Shown: positions 63,386 to 64,000 of the stretch, piece by piece | How positions within the stretch are numbered: the stretch's first letter is position 1 | Layout of the letters: the number at the start of each line of letters is the position of its first letter | Origin: Eledone cirrhosa | Taxonomy: Eukaryota | Assembly (NCBI GenBank): GCA_964016885.1 | Contig: OZ024741.1 | Location: 335,978,001-336,042,000, forward strand | Direction of reading: 5' to 3' | Length of the DNA stretch: 64,000 nt | Notes under the pieces: generated by a model | What the model was told of the DNA's origin: nothing | Databases searched by the model: none | The model's input: the letters and a program-made list of their open reading frames with translations, nothing else | Position numbers and translations under genes: made by a program

Positions 63386-64000
63386 TAGTGTGGAAGGTGG
63401 TCATTAAACGATAATGATGATGATGATATGCACATATACAAACGCAAATACGTAATGAGATTTTTAAACAATTTTAGTTACACTGCGATTTTCTAAAAAA
63501 ATAAAAAGTAAGTTTCCTTTCTGCTAAAAGAAAATTGTTATCAGACATCTCTGAAAAGACATCCAATTCTCCAGTGTTGCTACATATAAGAGTATAATCT
63601 AATTAAGATATATAGCAACATAGGAACAGCGTGTTCATTTTAACTGTATTTTCAAAATTCATGCTGCTCTGGTGTATTTTACACATGCACACTTAAGAAT
63701 ATTCTGCCAGTGTTTTATGAACCATGACTGACATGCATTAAAATATCTTTGCCATCCAGTTTTTAAAATATTTTTATGAACATTAAAATCACTACAAGTT
63801 AAATGTATTTCAAGTTTTTTTAGTCACCTCTGATAATAAAATAATGAAATATATATCAACATTTTTCTGTTCCGCTTTCTTAATTTGAAAATATAAGTGG
63901 ATATTTATGTATGTACAGAGTGGGTGGAAAGAAACTCCCTATTTAAAATTATTAATAATTTTATTAATTATTGGTCGATTTTCATAAAACCTGTTTTATT

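Overview
AT-rich, repeat-dominated animal DNA, most likely an octopus (inferred from the tRNA/Nin-type SINEs, RTE LINEs with (GAT)n tails and dense microsatellites). Most long ORFs are retroelement fragments (RTE, CR1/L2, R4/Dong-like, Penelope) or microsatellite artefacts. Only weak candidate host exons were found. The standout feature is a 3.6-kb minus-strand LTR retrotransposon at 42670-46293. It has two ~97%-identical LTRs (by eye), a GCCT target-site duplication, a tRNA-Trp primer-binding site, a CHCC-type gag and a DTG protease, which together point to the CsRn1/Kabuki branch of Ty3/gypsy. Its RT/RNaseH/integrase region is missing and is replaced by a frameshifted rhabdovirus-like nucleoprotein (N) gene in the same orientation as gag. 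This chimera was apparently integrated as a unit and sits inside a Tc1/mariner-type MITE. Also notable: hammerhead-ribozyme motifs around a Penelope GIY-YIG ORF, a 40-bp satellite with 2-, 3- and 4-mer higher-order structure, and several tandem arrays derived from LINE pieces. All family calls come from motif recognition by eye; no database search was run, and many repeat boundaries are approximate.
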